From the IMG/VR virus record IMGVR_UViG_2561511128_000006, positions 1 to 64,000 of that record: a stretch of 64,000 bases of DNA; one strand, written 5' to 3'. Both the position numbers and the translations under genes were made by a program. Under the pieces are notes generated by a model. The model was not told the DNA's origin. It did not search any database and saw only the letters and a list, made by a program, of their open reading frames with translations. This DNA comes from a virus. Its lineage: Duplodnaviria; Caudoviricetes. Shown here piece after piece: positions 39,053 through 48,152 of this stretch (its first letter is position 1; each line of letters begins with the position of its first letter).

Positions 39053-39250
39053 ATGTACGTTGAAAATACCAATTATTGGGTTGAGGTTGTGTTGCGGCAG
39101 TTAAAGGGGTTTGTCCCCAAGGGCGAGCCTGTCCATTTTCACATTTGTTTTTCCATGGTGGGGGGGGAACCCACGATAGATTTCACGGCTGTTCAGGTTT
39201 TTGATGAGGAAGATCAACTACAACCTCAAACCGAACCCGCGATGTGCTAG
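39053..39250 (+). CDS. Hypothetical protein
   Basis: AAGGAAGG RBS. Confidence 0.5.
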   Translation: MYVENTNYWVEVVLRQLKGFVPKGEPVHFHICFSMVGGEPTIDFTAVQVFDEEDQLQPQTEPAMC

Positions 39251-39548
39251 AATCGGATGTTTCCCGGTGCCCATCCGCCTTCAGACTCGCGGCAATCACG
39301 GCCACGCCAAAACCGCCTCCAGCCTTGCCAGACTTGCTGGCCGTAATGGCAATATCAAAAGCCACGGTCTGCAATTGGGTTTGGGAATGAAACGCTTCGG
39401 GGTTCTTGATCCGTTCAGGGCCATTTTCTTTAGCATGGTAGTACGGATTAATGAGCGCCCCAGAGCCCCGCAACCGCGTCTGCGCGCCGTGGATGCCCTC
39501 GGCAATCTGGCACAGCGTTTCTTCTACAAAGCTCTTCAAGTCCATCAT
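39183..39548 (-). CDS. Trypco2-like domain protein
   Basis: MDLKSFVEETL.QI..G...VAFDIAITA...SRVRFEV. Confidence 0.7.
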   Translation of the reverse strand: MMDLKSFVEETLCQIAEGIHGAQTRLRGSGALINPYYHAKENGPERIKNPEAFHSQTQLQTVAFDIAITASKSGKAGGGFGVAVIAASLKADGHRETSDSSTSRVRFEVVVDLPHQKPEQP

Positions 39549-39628
39549 TATGGCGGCTCCTTGCTTTCCGAGTAGGACGCCATAACGCATGTCCCATGTC
39601 AAGCGCCAGAGGTGAGAGAGCTTTTCCC

Positions 39629-39645
39629 GAACCTTGTTCACGGTG
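39629..39645 (+). promoter_or_regulatory. Late-promoter motif copy 4
   Basis: GAACCTTGTTCACGGTG. Confidence 0.7.
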
Positions 39646-39698
39646 TGCCCCCACGCCGCCATGCGGCATCATCTCCAAAACACTATGGAGGTGCAGCG

Positions 39699-40487
39699 AT
39701 GGAAAATTCCCCCCTGGCTCTTTTTGAACATGAAAAATTCGGTTCCCTTCGCGTCGTCAGAAGTGATCAGGGGGCCCAGTGGTTCGTGGCGAAAGACGTG
39801 TGCGGGTGTCTCGGGCTGGATACCAGTAACCTTTCAAAAATGTTGGATGAAGACGAGCTTTCGACCTACCCCGTACAGTATACGGATCAGGTCAGGAATC
39901 TTTCCGTCGTATCCGAACCGGGCCTGTATTCCCTCATCCTGCGTTCCCGCAAGCCCGAAGCCAAGGCGTTCAAGCGGTGGGTGACGCATGAGGTCATCCC
40001 CTCCATCCGCAAGACGGGCGGCTACCTGATAGCCAAGCCGGACGATACCCCCGAAGCCATCCTTGCCCGCGCCGTGCTGGTCGCGCAGGACACCATCAGG
40101 CGCATCGAAGCCGAGCGCGACGAGGCAATCCGCACCAAGGCCGAAATTGGTTCACGCCGCGAGGCCACCGCAATGGCAACCGCCTCCGCAGCCGTACGCA
40201 AGGCTGCGGCTCTTGAGAACGAACTTGGGCGGGGCAGGGACTACAAGTCCGTGAAGGGCATCCCGTGGTTCCTTGACGTCTTCGCAGATACGCCAGCCGC
40301 GTACTCCGTCGCAGGACGCAAGCTTTCCGATATGTCCCGCCGTATGGATTACGAAATCCGGGAAATCGAGGACAGCCGTTTCGGGAGCGTGAAGGCGTAC
40401 CACGTCGACGTGATCGAAGCCTTCCGGCTGGCCCTGAAAAACGACCTGAACATGCTGGGCAAGTACCGCCTTCGCCGTGCCGCATAG
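39699..40487 (+). CDS. BRO-N family antirepressor-like protein
   Basis: WFVAKDVC..L, VVSEPGLYSLILRSRKPEAKAFKRWVTHEVIPSIRKTG. Confidence 0.9.
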   Translation: MENSPLALFEHEKFGSLRVVRSDQGAQWFVAKDVCGCLGLDTSNLSKMLDEDELSTYPVQYTDQVRNLSVVSEPGLYSLILRSRKPEAKAFKRWVTHEVIPSIRKTGGYLIAKPDDTPEAILARAVLVAQDTIRRIEAERDEAIRTKAEIGSRREATAMATASAAVRKAAALENELGRGRDYKSVKGIPWFLDVFADTPAAYSVAGRKLSDMSRRMDYEIREIEDSRFGSVKAYHVDVIEAFRLALKNDLNMLGKYRLRRAA

Positions 40488-40489
40488 CC

Positions 40490-40506
40490 GAACTTTGTTC
40501 ACGGTG
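40490..40506 (+). promoter_or_regulatory. Late-promoter motif copy 5 (neck/tail operon)
   Basis: GAACTTTGTTCACGGTG. Confidence 0.75.
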
Positions 40507-40561
40507 ATTTCGTCCCGGCTCTTTTGCCATGATGACCAAAACAACGGAGGGATACAGAGAT

Positions 40562-40975
40562 ATGGCCAGACCCAAAAAGAATACCGCCCCGGAAACAACG
40601 CAGGCGACGAAGACGGATACCGTGATGGTCGCCTTGAACCGGACGACCGGGATCACGTTCCCCATGCCCGACGGACGCAAGGTGCTCATCGAAGGCAACG
40701 CCGCCAGCCTGCGCGGAAAGGAAAAGGGCGTGCTGCCCGTGGGCGCGTTTGGGCTGACGCGGGTGAACGCCGACGATTGGGCATACATTGAAAAGACCTA
40801 TGGTCCGCACATGGAAATCTTCAAGTCCGGGCTCATCTTCGCGCAGGCGCGCAAGGCCGACGCCGTGGACGAGGCCGACGAAAGGGCGGAACTGCGCAAC
40901 GGGCTGGAGCCCGTGGATGTGGAGAACGACCCCAAGGCGCAGACCGAACCGCTCCAGAGCAAGGCGGGGTTCTAA
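40562..40975 (+). CDS. Virion structural/neck-associated protein
   Basis: First gene of the tail operon. Confidence 0.7.
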   Translation: MARPKKNTAPETTQATKTDTVMVALNRTTGITFPMPDGRKVLIEGNAASLRGKEKGVLPVGAFGLTRVNADDWAYIEKTYGPHMEIFKSGLIFAQARKADAVDEADERAELRNGLEPVDVENDPKAQTEPLQSKAGF

Positions 40976-40978
40976 ACC

Positions 40979-41410
40979 GTGGCTGTTGTTGTCTTTGCCC
41001 CGCAGGAGTTCCGGGAGGCCTACCCGTGCTTCGTCGATCCGAAGACCGGGCAGCCCCTCCTGACCGATGCACAGCTTCGGCAGGCATTCGACGTCGCCTG
41101 TCTGCTCTTGGACAACACAAACTCATCCCCGGTTCCTTATGATCCGGCCCACGGCGTCATGATCCGCAAGACGCTGCTGTATCTCCTCGTCTGCCATCTG
41201 GCGACGCTGGCCTTGTGGCCGATGGGGCAGGCCGGGCCAGTGGCCTCGGCGACGGAAGGAACTGTCAGCATCAGCTTCTCCGTGCCCCAGGACACCGGGA
41301 AAGCCTTTTACGCGCAGACGCCGTGCGGACAGACGTTTTGGCAGGCCATCCAGCCCTATGCCGTAGGCGGGCGCTACTATGCCGCCCGGTATTGGCATCC
41401 GTGGGGGTAA
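40979..41410 (+). CDS. Head-tail adaptor (DUF4054)
   Basis: FREAYPCF, LLYLLVCHL, ATEGTVSISF, QTPCGQTFWQ. Confidence 0.85.
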   Translation: MAVVVFAPQEFREAYPCFVDPKTGQPLLTDAQLRQAFDVACLLLDNTNSSPVPYDPAHGVMIRKTLLYLLVCHLATLALWPMGQAGPVASATEGTVSISFSVPQDTGKAFYAQTPCGQTFWQAIQPYAVGGRYYAARYWHPWG

Positions 41411-41973
41411 TGGTGTCCGGAGAACTCGAAAAGCTGCTCAAGCGGTACATTACCCCCGATATCGTCGTGAAGGCCGGGGTGCTCGAAAATGCGACGCGGG
41501 GCGAAGGTGGTACCCCAGTCGCGGAGTATGCGGCGTACAACGAATACGGCGCAACAATCGAAATCCCTGAGCGGACGCAAACCTTGTACTTCAAGCGGAA
41601 GCGTGACGGCAGCGTCGGGAATCGGTTCGTGAAGAAGGGCAAAAGTGATTTTGCGCAGGATGCGTCGGTCAAAGCCCACACCGTCACCATCCCCTCCCGG
41701 CCTTTCCTGCGCTCGACGCTCGATGCCAAGGCAGACGCATGGTGTGATAACCTTGCGGAAGCATTGGAAGCCGGACGGACTCCGAAAGAGGCGATGCGGC
41801 TTGTGGGACGCCGCATGGCAGACGACATTCAGGCAACGATCAAGAGCAATATGCCCCCGGACAACGCCGAATCCACCAAGCGCCGCAAGAACGCCAAGGG
41901 CGCGGGAAAGGGGACGCTCATCGATTCCGGAAGCCTGCTCAAGTCCATCGATTACGAGGTAGTCAAAAGATGA
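41410..41973 (+). CDS. Neck/tail completion protein
   Basis: IPSRPFLR, LIDSGSLLKSIDY. Confidence 0.8.
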   Translation: MVSGELEKLLKRYITPDIVVKAGVLENATRGEGGTPVAEYAAYNEYGATIEIPERTQTLYFKRKRDGSVGNRFVKKGKSDFAQDASVKAHTVTIPSRPFLRSTLDAKADAWCDNLAEALEAGRTPKEAMRLVGRRMADDIQATIKSNMPPDNAESTKRRKNAKGAGKGTLIDSGSLLKSIDYEVVKR

Positions 41974-42401
41974 ATCTCCATGAACTTGTGCGTCCGCTTA
42001 TCGGCATCGTGAACCCTTTTCAGTCGGTCGTGATTCTCGTCTCCACAGGCTTCACCGTAAACGCGCAGTATGAGCAGGTCCCGGCATGGGCCCCTGCCGT
42101 GGAAGTCATGGCGCAGCCGCAGCCTGTCGCCGACAAAACGCTGCAATTCCTCGTGCAGCAGCGCCAGAACACGATCTGGCACGACTTTTATCTTTCAGGG
42201 GACTGGTCGGCCCTTGATCGTCCGGCGGAGCAGGGCGGCGATCTTCTCTACTGGGATGGCGCCGAGTGGCAGGTAGATCAGGTTCTGGAGCGCTGGAATC
42301 CCACGGCGGGCTGGACGAAAATCCGGTGCGTGAAACTCAGGGAAATCGCGCCGCCGGAAGTCGGGGCCACGGAACCGCCCAAAGGGGGAGACGATGAGTG
42401 A
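41970..42401 (+). CDS. Head-closure-like protein
   Basis: Position; GGDLLYWDGAEWQV. Confidence 0.7.
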   Translation: MNLHELVRPLIGIVNPFQSVVILVSTGFTVNAQYEQVPAWAPAVEVMAQPQPVADKTLQFLVQQRQNTIWHDFYLSGDWSALDRPAEQGGDLLYWDGAEWQVDQVLERWNPTAGWTKIRCVKLREIAPPEVGATEPPKGGDDE

Positions 42402-42879
42402 CGGCATCCTCGTGCAGGCCCTCGGCGATTTTTGTAAGCGTTACCTCGGCGATTCCGCCGTCGTGGTGCGCGGCTACGTCAACCGTGTGAGCAAGCCGAA
42501 GACCAAAAGCTACGTGCTCGTCACCCCGATGACCATGACGCGCCTCTCGACGAACCTGCACCAGACCGAGTGCGGCGGGGAGGCCATCGTGCAGCCGCAG
42601 CGCCGCCGTGTCCAGCTTGACGTCTACGGCCCGACCGCCGCCGACCGTGCCCAGACGCTCGCAACGCTCCTGCGCGACGGCGTCGGGTGCCGCTTCCTGC
42701 AAACGTACGGGATTGCCCCCCTGTACGTCGAAGACCCGCAGGACATGACACAGGCGGAGGGGGACGAGCAGTACAACCCCCGCTTCATGCTCAATGTGCT
42801 GATTCAGGCGAACCGCGTTGAACACGTTGAGATGGATACTTTTACCGACGCGGAACTTTCCGTGCATCCGCTGGCATAG
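42394..42879 (+). CDS. Tail terminator-like protein
   Basis: VQLDVYGP.A.D.A..LATLLRD. Confidence 0.75.
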   Translation: MSDGILVQALGDFCKRYLGDSAVVVRGYVNRVSKPKTKSYVLVTPMTMTRLSTNLHQTECGGEAIVQPQRRRVQLDVYGPTAADRAQTLATLLRDGVGCRFLQTYGIAPLYVEDPQDMTQAEGDEQYNPRFMLNVLIQANRVEHVEMDTFTDAELSVHPLA

Positions 42880-42894
42880 CAAAAGGAGGGCGCA

Positions 42895-44400
42895 ATGAGC
42901 GTCAATGCCGACAAACTGGTTCAAATCATCCCCCGCATCATCGAGGGCGGCACGCCGGGCCTGACCTTCGCCGGGCTCCTGCTTTCGCAGTCCGAGCTTT
43001 TGCCCGCAGGCCGGGTCGTGCAGTTCGCCAGCGCGCAGGCTGTGGCGAATTATTTCGGCTCGCTTTCGGAAGAGGCAAGCATGGCTTCCATGTACTTTTC
43101 CGGCTATGTGAACACGACGAGCCTCCCGGACAAGATCTTCTTTGCCCGGTACAACGGCGAGGCCGTGGGCGCATGGCTGCGCGGCGCGAAGTATACGGGC
43201 AATCTCGCCGCGTTGCAGGCCGTCACCAACGGCGCGATGGTTATTTCCATCGACAACACGCCGCACACGCTTTCCTCCGTGGATTTGTCCGCTGCAACCA
43301 GCTTCTCGCAGGTTGCGGAGGCGATCCAGACCGCGCTCACGACGGCGGGCGCGACCGGGGCGAAGGTGACGTACTCCAGCCAGACTGGGGCGTTCCAGAT
43401 CGACAGCCCGACGACCGGGGCAAGTTCCGCCGTGGCCTTTCCGACGCCGCCGGAAGCCGGGACCGACCTCGGCGCACTGCTTCTGCTCACCGAACAGTCC
43501 GGTGCCGTCCAGTCCGTAGGCATGGCTGGCCAGACGCTCCCCGACTGCATGACCAACGTGCTCCTGTACGCCCGCGATTGGGTGACGTTCTCCACGGTAT
43601 GGGAGCCCGAGCTTGACGACAAGATCGCGCTCGCCCAGTGGTGCGCCGGATATGACACCCGTTTCGCCTATGTGATGTGGGATACCGACAACGCCGCGCA
43701 GGTCGCGGGCTCCACCGCCTCGGCGGGGTATCAGATTGCCAAGGTGCTCGAACTCGACGGGACGGTTCCCGTGTTCAACACGCCTGAACTCGCCGCGTGG
43801 GTCATGGGCACGGCGGCCTCCATCAACTTTGAAGAGACGAACGGACGGCTCACCTTCGCATTCAAGCAGGGCGAAGGGCTTGCCGTAACCTGCGACAACG
43901 ACGAGAACTATGATGCGCTGATCGCCAATGGCTACAACTGCTATGCGGACTTCGCCACGGCCTCCAGCCAGTTCAAGTTTTTCCAGAATGGGCAGGTTTC
44001 CGGCAAATGGGGCTGGCTCGACACCTACCTTGACGCCATCGCCATCAAAAACGGCCTCCAGCTTAACCTCCTTGATCTGTTCAAGGCCGTAAAGTGCATC
44101 CCCTACAACGAGAGCGGCTACGGCATGATCCGCACGGCATGTCTCGACACCATCACGCGGTTTCTCGACTTCGGGGCTATCCGCACGGGCGTGACCCTCT
44201 CGAACACCCAAAAGGTGCAGCTCCTCGCGGAAATCGGGCTGGACGTTTCCCAGACGCTCGAAACGCAGGGCTGGTACATGCAGGTCAAGGACCCCGGCGC
44301 GACCGTGCGCGGACAGCGCCAGTCCCCCGAATGCAAATTCTACTACATGGACGGCGGCAGCGTGCAGCAAATCGTCATGCCCGCCACGGCCATTCAGTGA
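42895..44400 (+). CDS. Tail sheath protein (DUF3383)
   Basis: 501 aa; LIANGYNCY, WLDTYL, FYYMDGGSVQQI. Confidence 0.9.
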   Translation: MSVNADKLVQIIPRIIEGGTPGLTFAGLLLSQSELLPAGRVVQFASAQAVANYFGSLSEEASMASMYFSGYVNTTSLPDKIFFARYNGEAVGAWLRGAKYTGNLAALQAVTNGAMVISIDNTPHTLSSVDLSAATSFSQVAEAIQTALTTAGATGAKVTYSSQTGAFQIDSPTTGASSAVAFPTPPEAGTDLGALLLLTEQSGAVQSVGMAGQTLPDCMTNVLLYARDWVTFSTVWEPELDDKIALAQWCAGYDTRFAYVMWDTDNAAQVAGSTASAGYQIAKVLELDGTVPVFNTPELAAWVMGTAASINFEETNGRLTFAFKQGEGLAVTCDNDENYDALIANGYNCYADFATASSQFKFFQNGQVSGKWGWLDTYLDAIAIKNGLQLNLLDLFKAVKCIPYNESGYGMIRTACLDTITRFLDFGAIRTGVTLSNTQKVQLLAEIGLDVSQTLETQGWYMQVKDPGATVRGQRQSPECKFYYMDGGSVQQIVMPATAIQ

Positions 44401-44411
44401 TGAGGTAAAAC

Positions 44412-44861
44412 ATGGCTGACAACTTCGGCAACATGACGATTACAGCGGCAAATTGCACGCTTTTCCTGACGGTTCCCGGGCTCTACGACAGTCCCGTGCA
44501 GATCGAGGGGTTCAGCACCGACGCGATGGTCAGCGTCGCCACGAATACCCCAGTCGTCGCGGAAAAGGGCGTTGACGGGCATACCTCCTTTGGGTGGGTT
44601 CCGACAAACAAGGAAGTCACAATCACTCTCGCGGCGGACAGTCCGAGCCGCCAGATCATGGAAGACTGGGCGACGTATCAGGAAACCGCCCGGGAAGTGA
44701 TGCTCTGCAATGCCGAGTTCGCCATGCCGAGCATCAACCGGAAGATCACCGGAAAACGGGGCGGCCTCACCTCCGTGCAGTCCAGCCCCAACGCCGCTCA
44801 GACCTTGCAGGCGAGCGCCTTCGTCATCACCTTTGACCAGTGGACCGCGAGTCCGCTTTAA
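44412..44861 (+). CDS. Tail tube protein
   Basis: ITAAN, IEGFSTD, ITLAADSPS. Confidence 0.85.
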   Translation: MADNFGNMTITAANCTLFLTVPGLYDSPVQIEGFSTDAMVSVATNTPVVAEKGVDGHTSFGWVPTNKEVTITLAADSPSRQIMEDWATYQETAREVMLCNAEFAMPSINRKITGKRGGLTSVQSSPNAAQTLQASAFVITFDQWTASPL

Positions 44862-44876
44862 ACCGTGGAGGCCGTC

Positions 44877-45374
44877 ATGCTCAACGAAAAGATCATTGCC
44901 ATCGACAAGGGCCGCGACGCCGGGAAGACCTTCAAGGTCAAGGAAATGCCCGTCACCAAGCTGGAAAAATGGGCCGCCCGTGCGCTGCTCGCCGTCTTCG
45001 GTTCCGAGATGCCCGCCGACATCCGAACGCTTTCAGCGTCATCGAACACCGCCGCGCTGCTTTCCGCCGGGCTCCGGGGGCTCTCAGGGCTCCGGTGGGA
45101 ACAGGCCGAACCACTCTATGACGAGCTTCTCGGGCAGATCTACCGCGTCCCGAACCCCCACAAGCCCGATGATGCCATCAGGCTCACCCCGCAAAACCTC
45201 GACGCCCATGTCGAGGATGTGGGCACGATCTACCGCCTGCGTTGGGAGGCTATCGCCGTCTGTCTGGATTTTTTGCATGGCGGCGAGGGCTTGACCTCCC
45301 GCCTGTCGCAGATCCTCAACCTCTCGGGCTCCGGGACTACGCAAACCTCCCCGGATGCGTCGGCATCCCGGTAA
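44877..45374 (+). CDS. Tail assembly chaperone (G)
   Basis: Lies between tube and tape measure; GRDAGKTF. Confidence 0.8.
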   Translation: MLNEKIIAIDKGRDAGKTFKVKEMPVTKLEKWAARALLAVFGSEMPADIRTLSASSNTAALLSAGLRGLSGLRWEQAEPLYDELLGQIYRVPNPHKPDDAIRLTPQNLDAHVEDVGTIYRLRWEAIAVCLDFLHGGEGLTSRLSQILNLSGSGTTQTSPDASASR

Positions 45375-45505
45375 GCCGGAACCTCGCGACGTTGCACGAA
45401 ATGCAAACAGTGTACGGCCTGTCCGATGCCTACGAGCTGATGGAAATCATCGCCGTGGACGGACATAACCAACGCCTCTGGAGCAGATTCAATGAACGCA
45501 GGTGA
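45266..45505 (+). CDS. Frameshifted C-terminal part of the G-T chaperone (-1 frame)
   Basis: GGATTTTTTG slippery site at 45266-45275; -1 frame YANLPG...NLATLHEMQTVYGLSDAY. Confidence 0.65.
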   Translation, partial: GFFAWRRGLDLPPVADPQPLGLRDYANLPGCVGIPVSRNLATLHEMQTVYGLSDAYELMEIIAVDGHNQRLWSRFNERR

Positions 45506-47294
45506 ACTCGTCGTCAGCCTCTTGCTGAAAGCAGGTGATTTTAAAGCGCAGGTGCAGGCCGCACAGGAGCGGCTGGACGGCGTGCAGGCCGCAGCCGTTG
45601 ACGCGGGGCGCGCGACATATGACGCAGGTGCCAAAGGTGCCCAAGGGCTTGACCAGTCTGCCGATGCCGCCTCTTCGTTGCAGGCCGCCTTTGAGGAAGC
45701 CGTGCAAAAAGGCCGCGAAATCAGCGAGGTTACGAAAGAGTATCAGCGGATGCGCGAGGAGCTTATCCGCACCGGAGCGGCAAAAGAACGTCTTGAGGCC
45801 CTTGATGCCGCCGCGAAAAGATTGGGCGTTTCGCTGAAAGACGCAGCGGACACCGGCGCACTCAGCTTTGAAAATCTTAAAGGAACACTCACGAAGGTTC
45901 TTGGGGTGATTGGTGGTGTTGCCTTTATCAAAAGCCAATTCGCGGAGTTTACCGAAGCAGCCCTTGAAGTGGATACGGCGAGCAAGACTCTGGGGATGGA
46001 CATCAAAGAGTTCCAAGGCTGGCAGAATGCAGCGGAAAAAGTCGGGCTTGAGACGCGAGATCTGGTTCAGCTTTTCGGTGACGTCAGCGACCGGATGTAT
46101 GACGCCGTTCTCCATGACTCCGGTCCGTTCAAGGATGCCGTTGACGATATTGGAATCTCGCTCAAAGGCGTTAAAGAAGGGGCCACTTCATCCGCGGATA
46201 TACTTTTGCAATTTGCCAGAGCTGTAGAAAAAATGCCGAAAGACAAAGCGCACGGCCTTCTCACTCAGTACAGCTTCGATCCTGAAAGCATCAAACTCAT
46301 TATGATGGGGGAAAAAGAGCTTGAAAAGCTGATCAAAACGGGAAAGGAGAAAGTTAGGTTTGACAAGCAAGATATTGAGAACGCGAAGAAGCAGAAAGAA
46401 GCCCAGCAGCGTCTCAAAAATGCATGGGAGGCTATCTCAGCTCTTTTTTCCAGTATAGTGTCTCCAGCTATTACGCTCTTGACAGAGTTACTTGGCGACC
46501 TCCTCGGGTGGGTGAAAGAAAACAAGCAGTTCGTGATCCTCTTTTTTACTGGGCTGGCCGGGGTCATCACGACGCTCATGCTCCCGGCCCTGACCGCGAT
46601 GGCGACTGCGGCATGGGCTGCGATTGCCCCGTTTGCGCCGTTGATTGCAATCGTAGGTGCGGTTGCGCTGGTTATCGATGATCTCATCACTTACATCCAA
46701 GGCGGTGAGTCCGCTTTTGGAGATTTTTGGAAGATGTTCGGTGAAGGGGACGAGCTTGGGGCGCGGTTCAAGTCTCTATGGGAAGGCATCAAAAGTATCC
46801 TTGCAAGCGTGGGCGCCGCGCTGAAAGCCGTTGCGAAATTCTTCATCCTTATCTTTTCGTTGACTGGACAGGGTGTCGTCAAGGCAGTCGAAGGAATCTG
46901 GAAAGGTGTCACCAAGCTTTATGATGTACTTAGATCGATGTTAGATTGGGTAGCAAAAAAACTCTACAACCTGCTTCCAGATTGGATCAAAAAATGGCTC
47001 GGCGGTGATGAATCTTCGCGCCCGGAAGAAGAAAAGACAGAGGCCAAGCTCGGCGGCGTTGCCGATTCGATGCGGGTTGGTGATGCGCGTCCGTCTATTC
47101 TGCCGCCGCAGGTGCGCGCGGGTGATGCGCGCCCGGAAAGCGTGAGCAACGTCAACAACTCAAGTCGGCAAACGGTATTCAACAATGATATTGAAATCGT
47201 CACGCAGGCGACGGACGGTCAAGGCCTTGCACAAGAGCTAGACCGGACATGGCGCAATCAAACCGCGCAGGCAGACAGCGCATTCGGGTACTGA
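45492..47294 (+). CDS. Tape measure protein
   Basis: Helical Ala-rich protein with hydrophobic central segments. Confidence 0.88.
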   Translation: MNAGELVVSLLLKAGDFKAQVQAAQERLDGVQAAAVDAGRATYDAGAKGAQGLDQSADAASSLQAAFEEAVQKGREISEVTKEYQRMREELIRTGAAKERLEALDAAAKRLGVSLKDAADTGALSFENLKGTLTKVLGVIGGVAFIKSQFAEFTEAALEVDTASKTLGMDIKEFQGWQNAAEKVGLETRDLVQLFGDVSDRMYDAVLHDSGPFKDAVDDIGISLKGVKEGATSSADILLQFARAVEKMPKDKAHGLLTQYSFDPESIKLIMMGEKELEKLIKTGKEKVRFDKQDIENAKKQKEAQQRLKNAWEAISALFSSIVSPAITLLTELLGDLLGWVKENKQFVILFFTGLAGVITTLMLPALTAMATAAWAAIAPFAPLIAIVGAVALVIDDLITYIQGGESAFGDFWKMFGEGDELGARFKSLWEGIKSILASVGAALKAVAKFFILIFSLTGQGVVKAVEGIWKGVTKLYDVLRSMLDWVAKKLYNLLPDWIKKWLGGDESSRPEEEKTEAKLGGVADSMRVGDARPSILPPQVRAGDARPESVSNVNNSSRQTVFNNDIEIVTQATDGQGLAQELDRTWRNQTAQADSAFGY

Positions 47295-47295
47295 C

Positions 47296-47853
47296 ATGGC
47301 ATTCGGCTCGCTCCCGCCGGGACAGCCCGGAAACTGGTCGATTTTCGATAAAGACGGCGCCAAGGCCCTCGACTTCGACACGTTCTTTTCCTGCTCGATC
47401 AAGTCCGAGAACAAAATCAGCTCCAACCCTGTCGAGAAAGGGAGTTTCGCGGATTACAACAAAATCGCTTCTCCCACGGCGGTGTCGGTCGTGATGGGCC
47501 GCACGGGGAAGAGCGACGAGCTTGCGGCTTTTCTGGAGGCGCTGGACAAGCTGGCGGAAAGCACCGACCTCGTGAGCATCGTCACCCCGGAAAAAACGTT
47601 TCTCGACTACAACCTTGTCTCCTACGACTACGACCGCAAGGCCGAAAACGGTGTGGACAGGCTGCTTGTGGGGATCATGCTGCAAGAGATCCGGCAGGTC
47701 GAGCCGCAGTACAGCAACGAAACCATAAAGCCGATCAGCAAGGCGCAGGCCAAAAATCCGACTGATGCCAGTACGACGGATGCAGGGAAACAGCAGGGGC
47801 AGACGACGCAAAAAAGCACACTGAAAAAGCTGGGCGAGGGGATTTTCGGATGA
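47296..47853 (+). CDS. Baseplate hub/Dit-like protein
   Basis: SSNPVEKGSFADYNK. Confidence 0.8.
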   Translation: MAFGSLPPGQPGNWSIFDKDGAKALDFDTFFSCSIKSENKISSNPVEKGSFADYNKIASPTAVSVVMGRTGKSDELAAFLEALDKLAESTDLVSIVTPEKTFLDYNLVSYDYDRKAENGVDRLLVGIMLQEIRQVEPQYSNETIKPISKAQAKNPTDASTTDAGKQQGQTTQKSTLKKLGEGIFG

Positions 47854-48152
47854 TGACCGTACCGCTCCGGCATGAGCCGAACCAGAGCCTCCAGATTGTG
47901 CTTGGGGAACAGAACTGCACCCTCCGGTTTATCTCCCGAGGCGTGAACCTGTACTGCGACCTTGCCATTGACCAGACGGTCATCTGGTCTGGGTTCATCT
48001 GCCGTAACCTCGTCGGCTTGAAGCTGTACGACTATCTCGCCTTCCGGGGGCAGCTCTACTTTGTCGATATGCAAAAGGAAGAGGATCCGCACTGGTCGGG
48101 CCTCGGCGACCGATTCCAGCTCGTTTATGTCGAAGAAGGGGAAACGCTGTGA
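47850..48152 (+). CDS. Baseplate protein
   Basis: PNQSLQIVL...LGDRFQLVY. Confidence 0.75.
   Translation: MMTVPLRHEPNQSLQIVLGEQNCTLRFISRGVNLYCDLAIDQTVIWSGFICRNLVGLKLYDYLAFRGQLYFVDMQKEEDPHWSGLGDRFQLVYVEEGETL

Noticed and set aside
42337-44370. Long antisense ORFs (677 aa here; also 26225-27304, 31687-32928, 33387-34532, 62803-63927)
   Set aside because: Reverse-frame shadows of GC3-rich real genes; no motifs.
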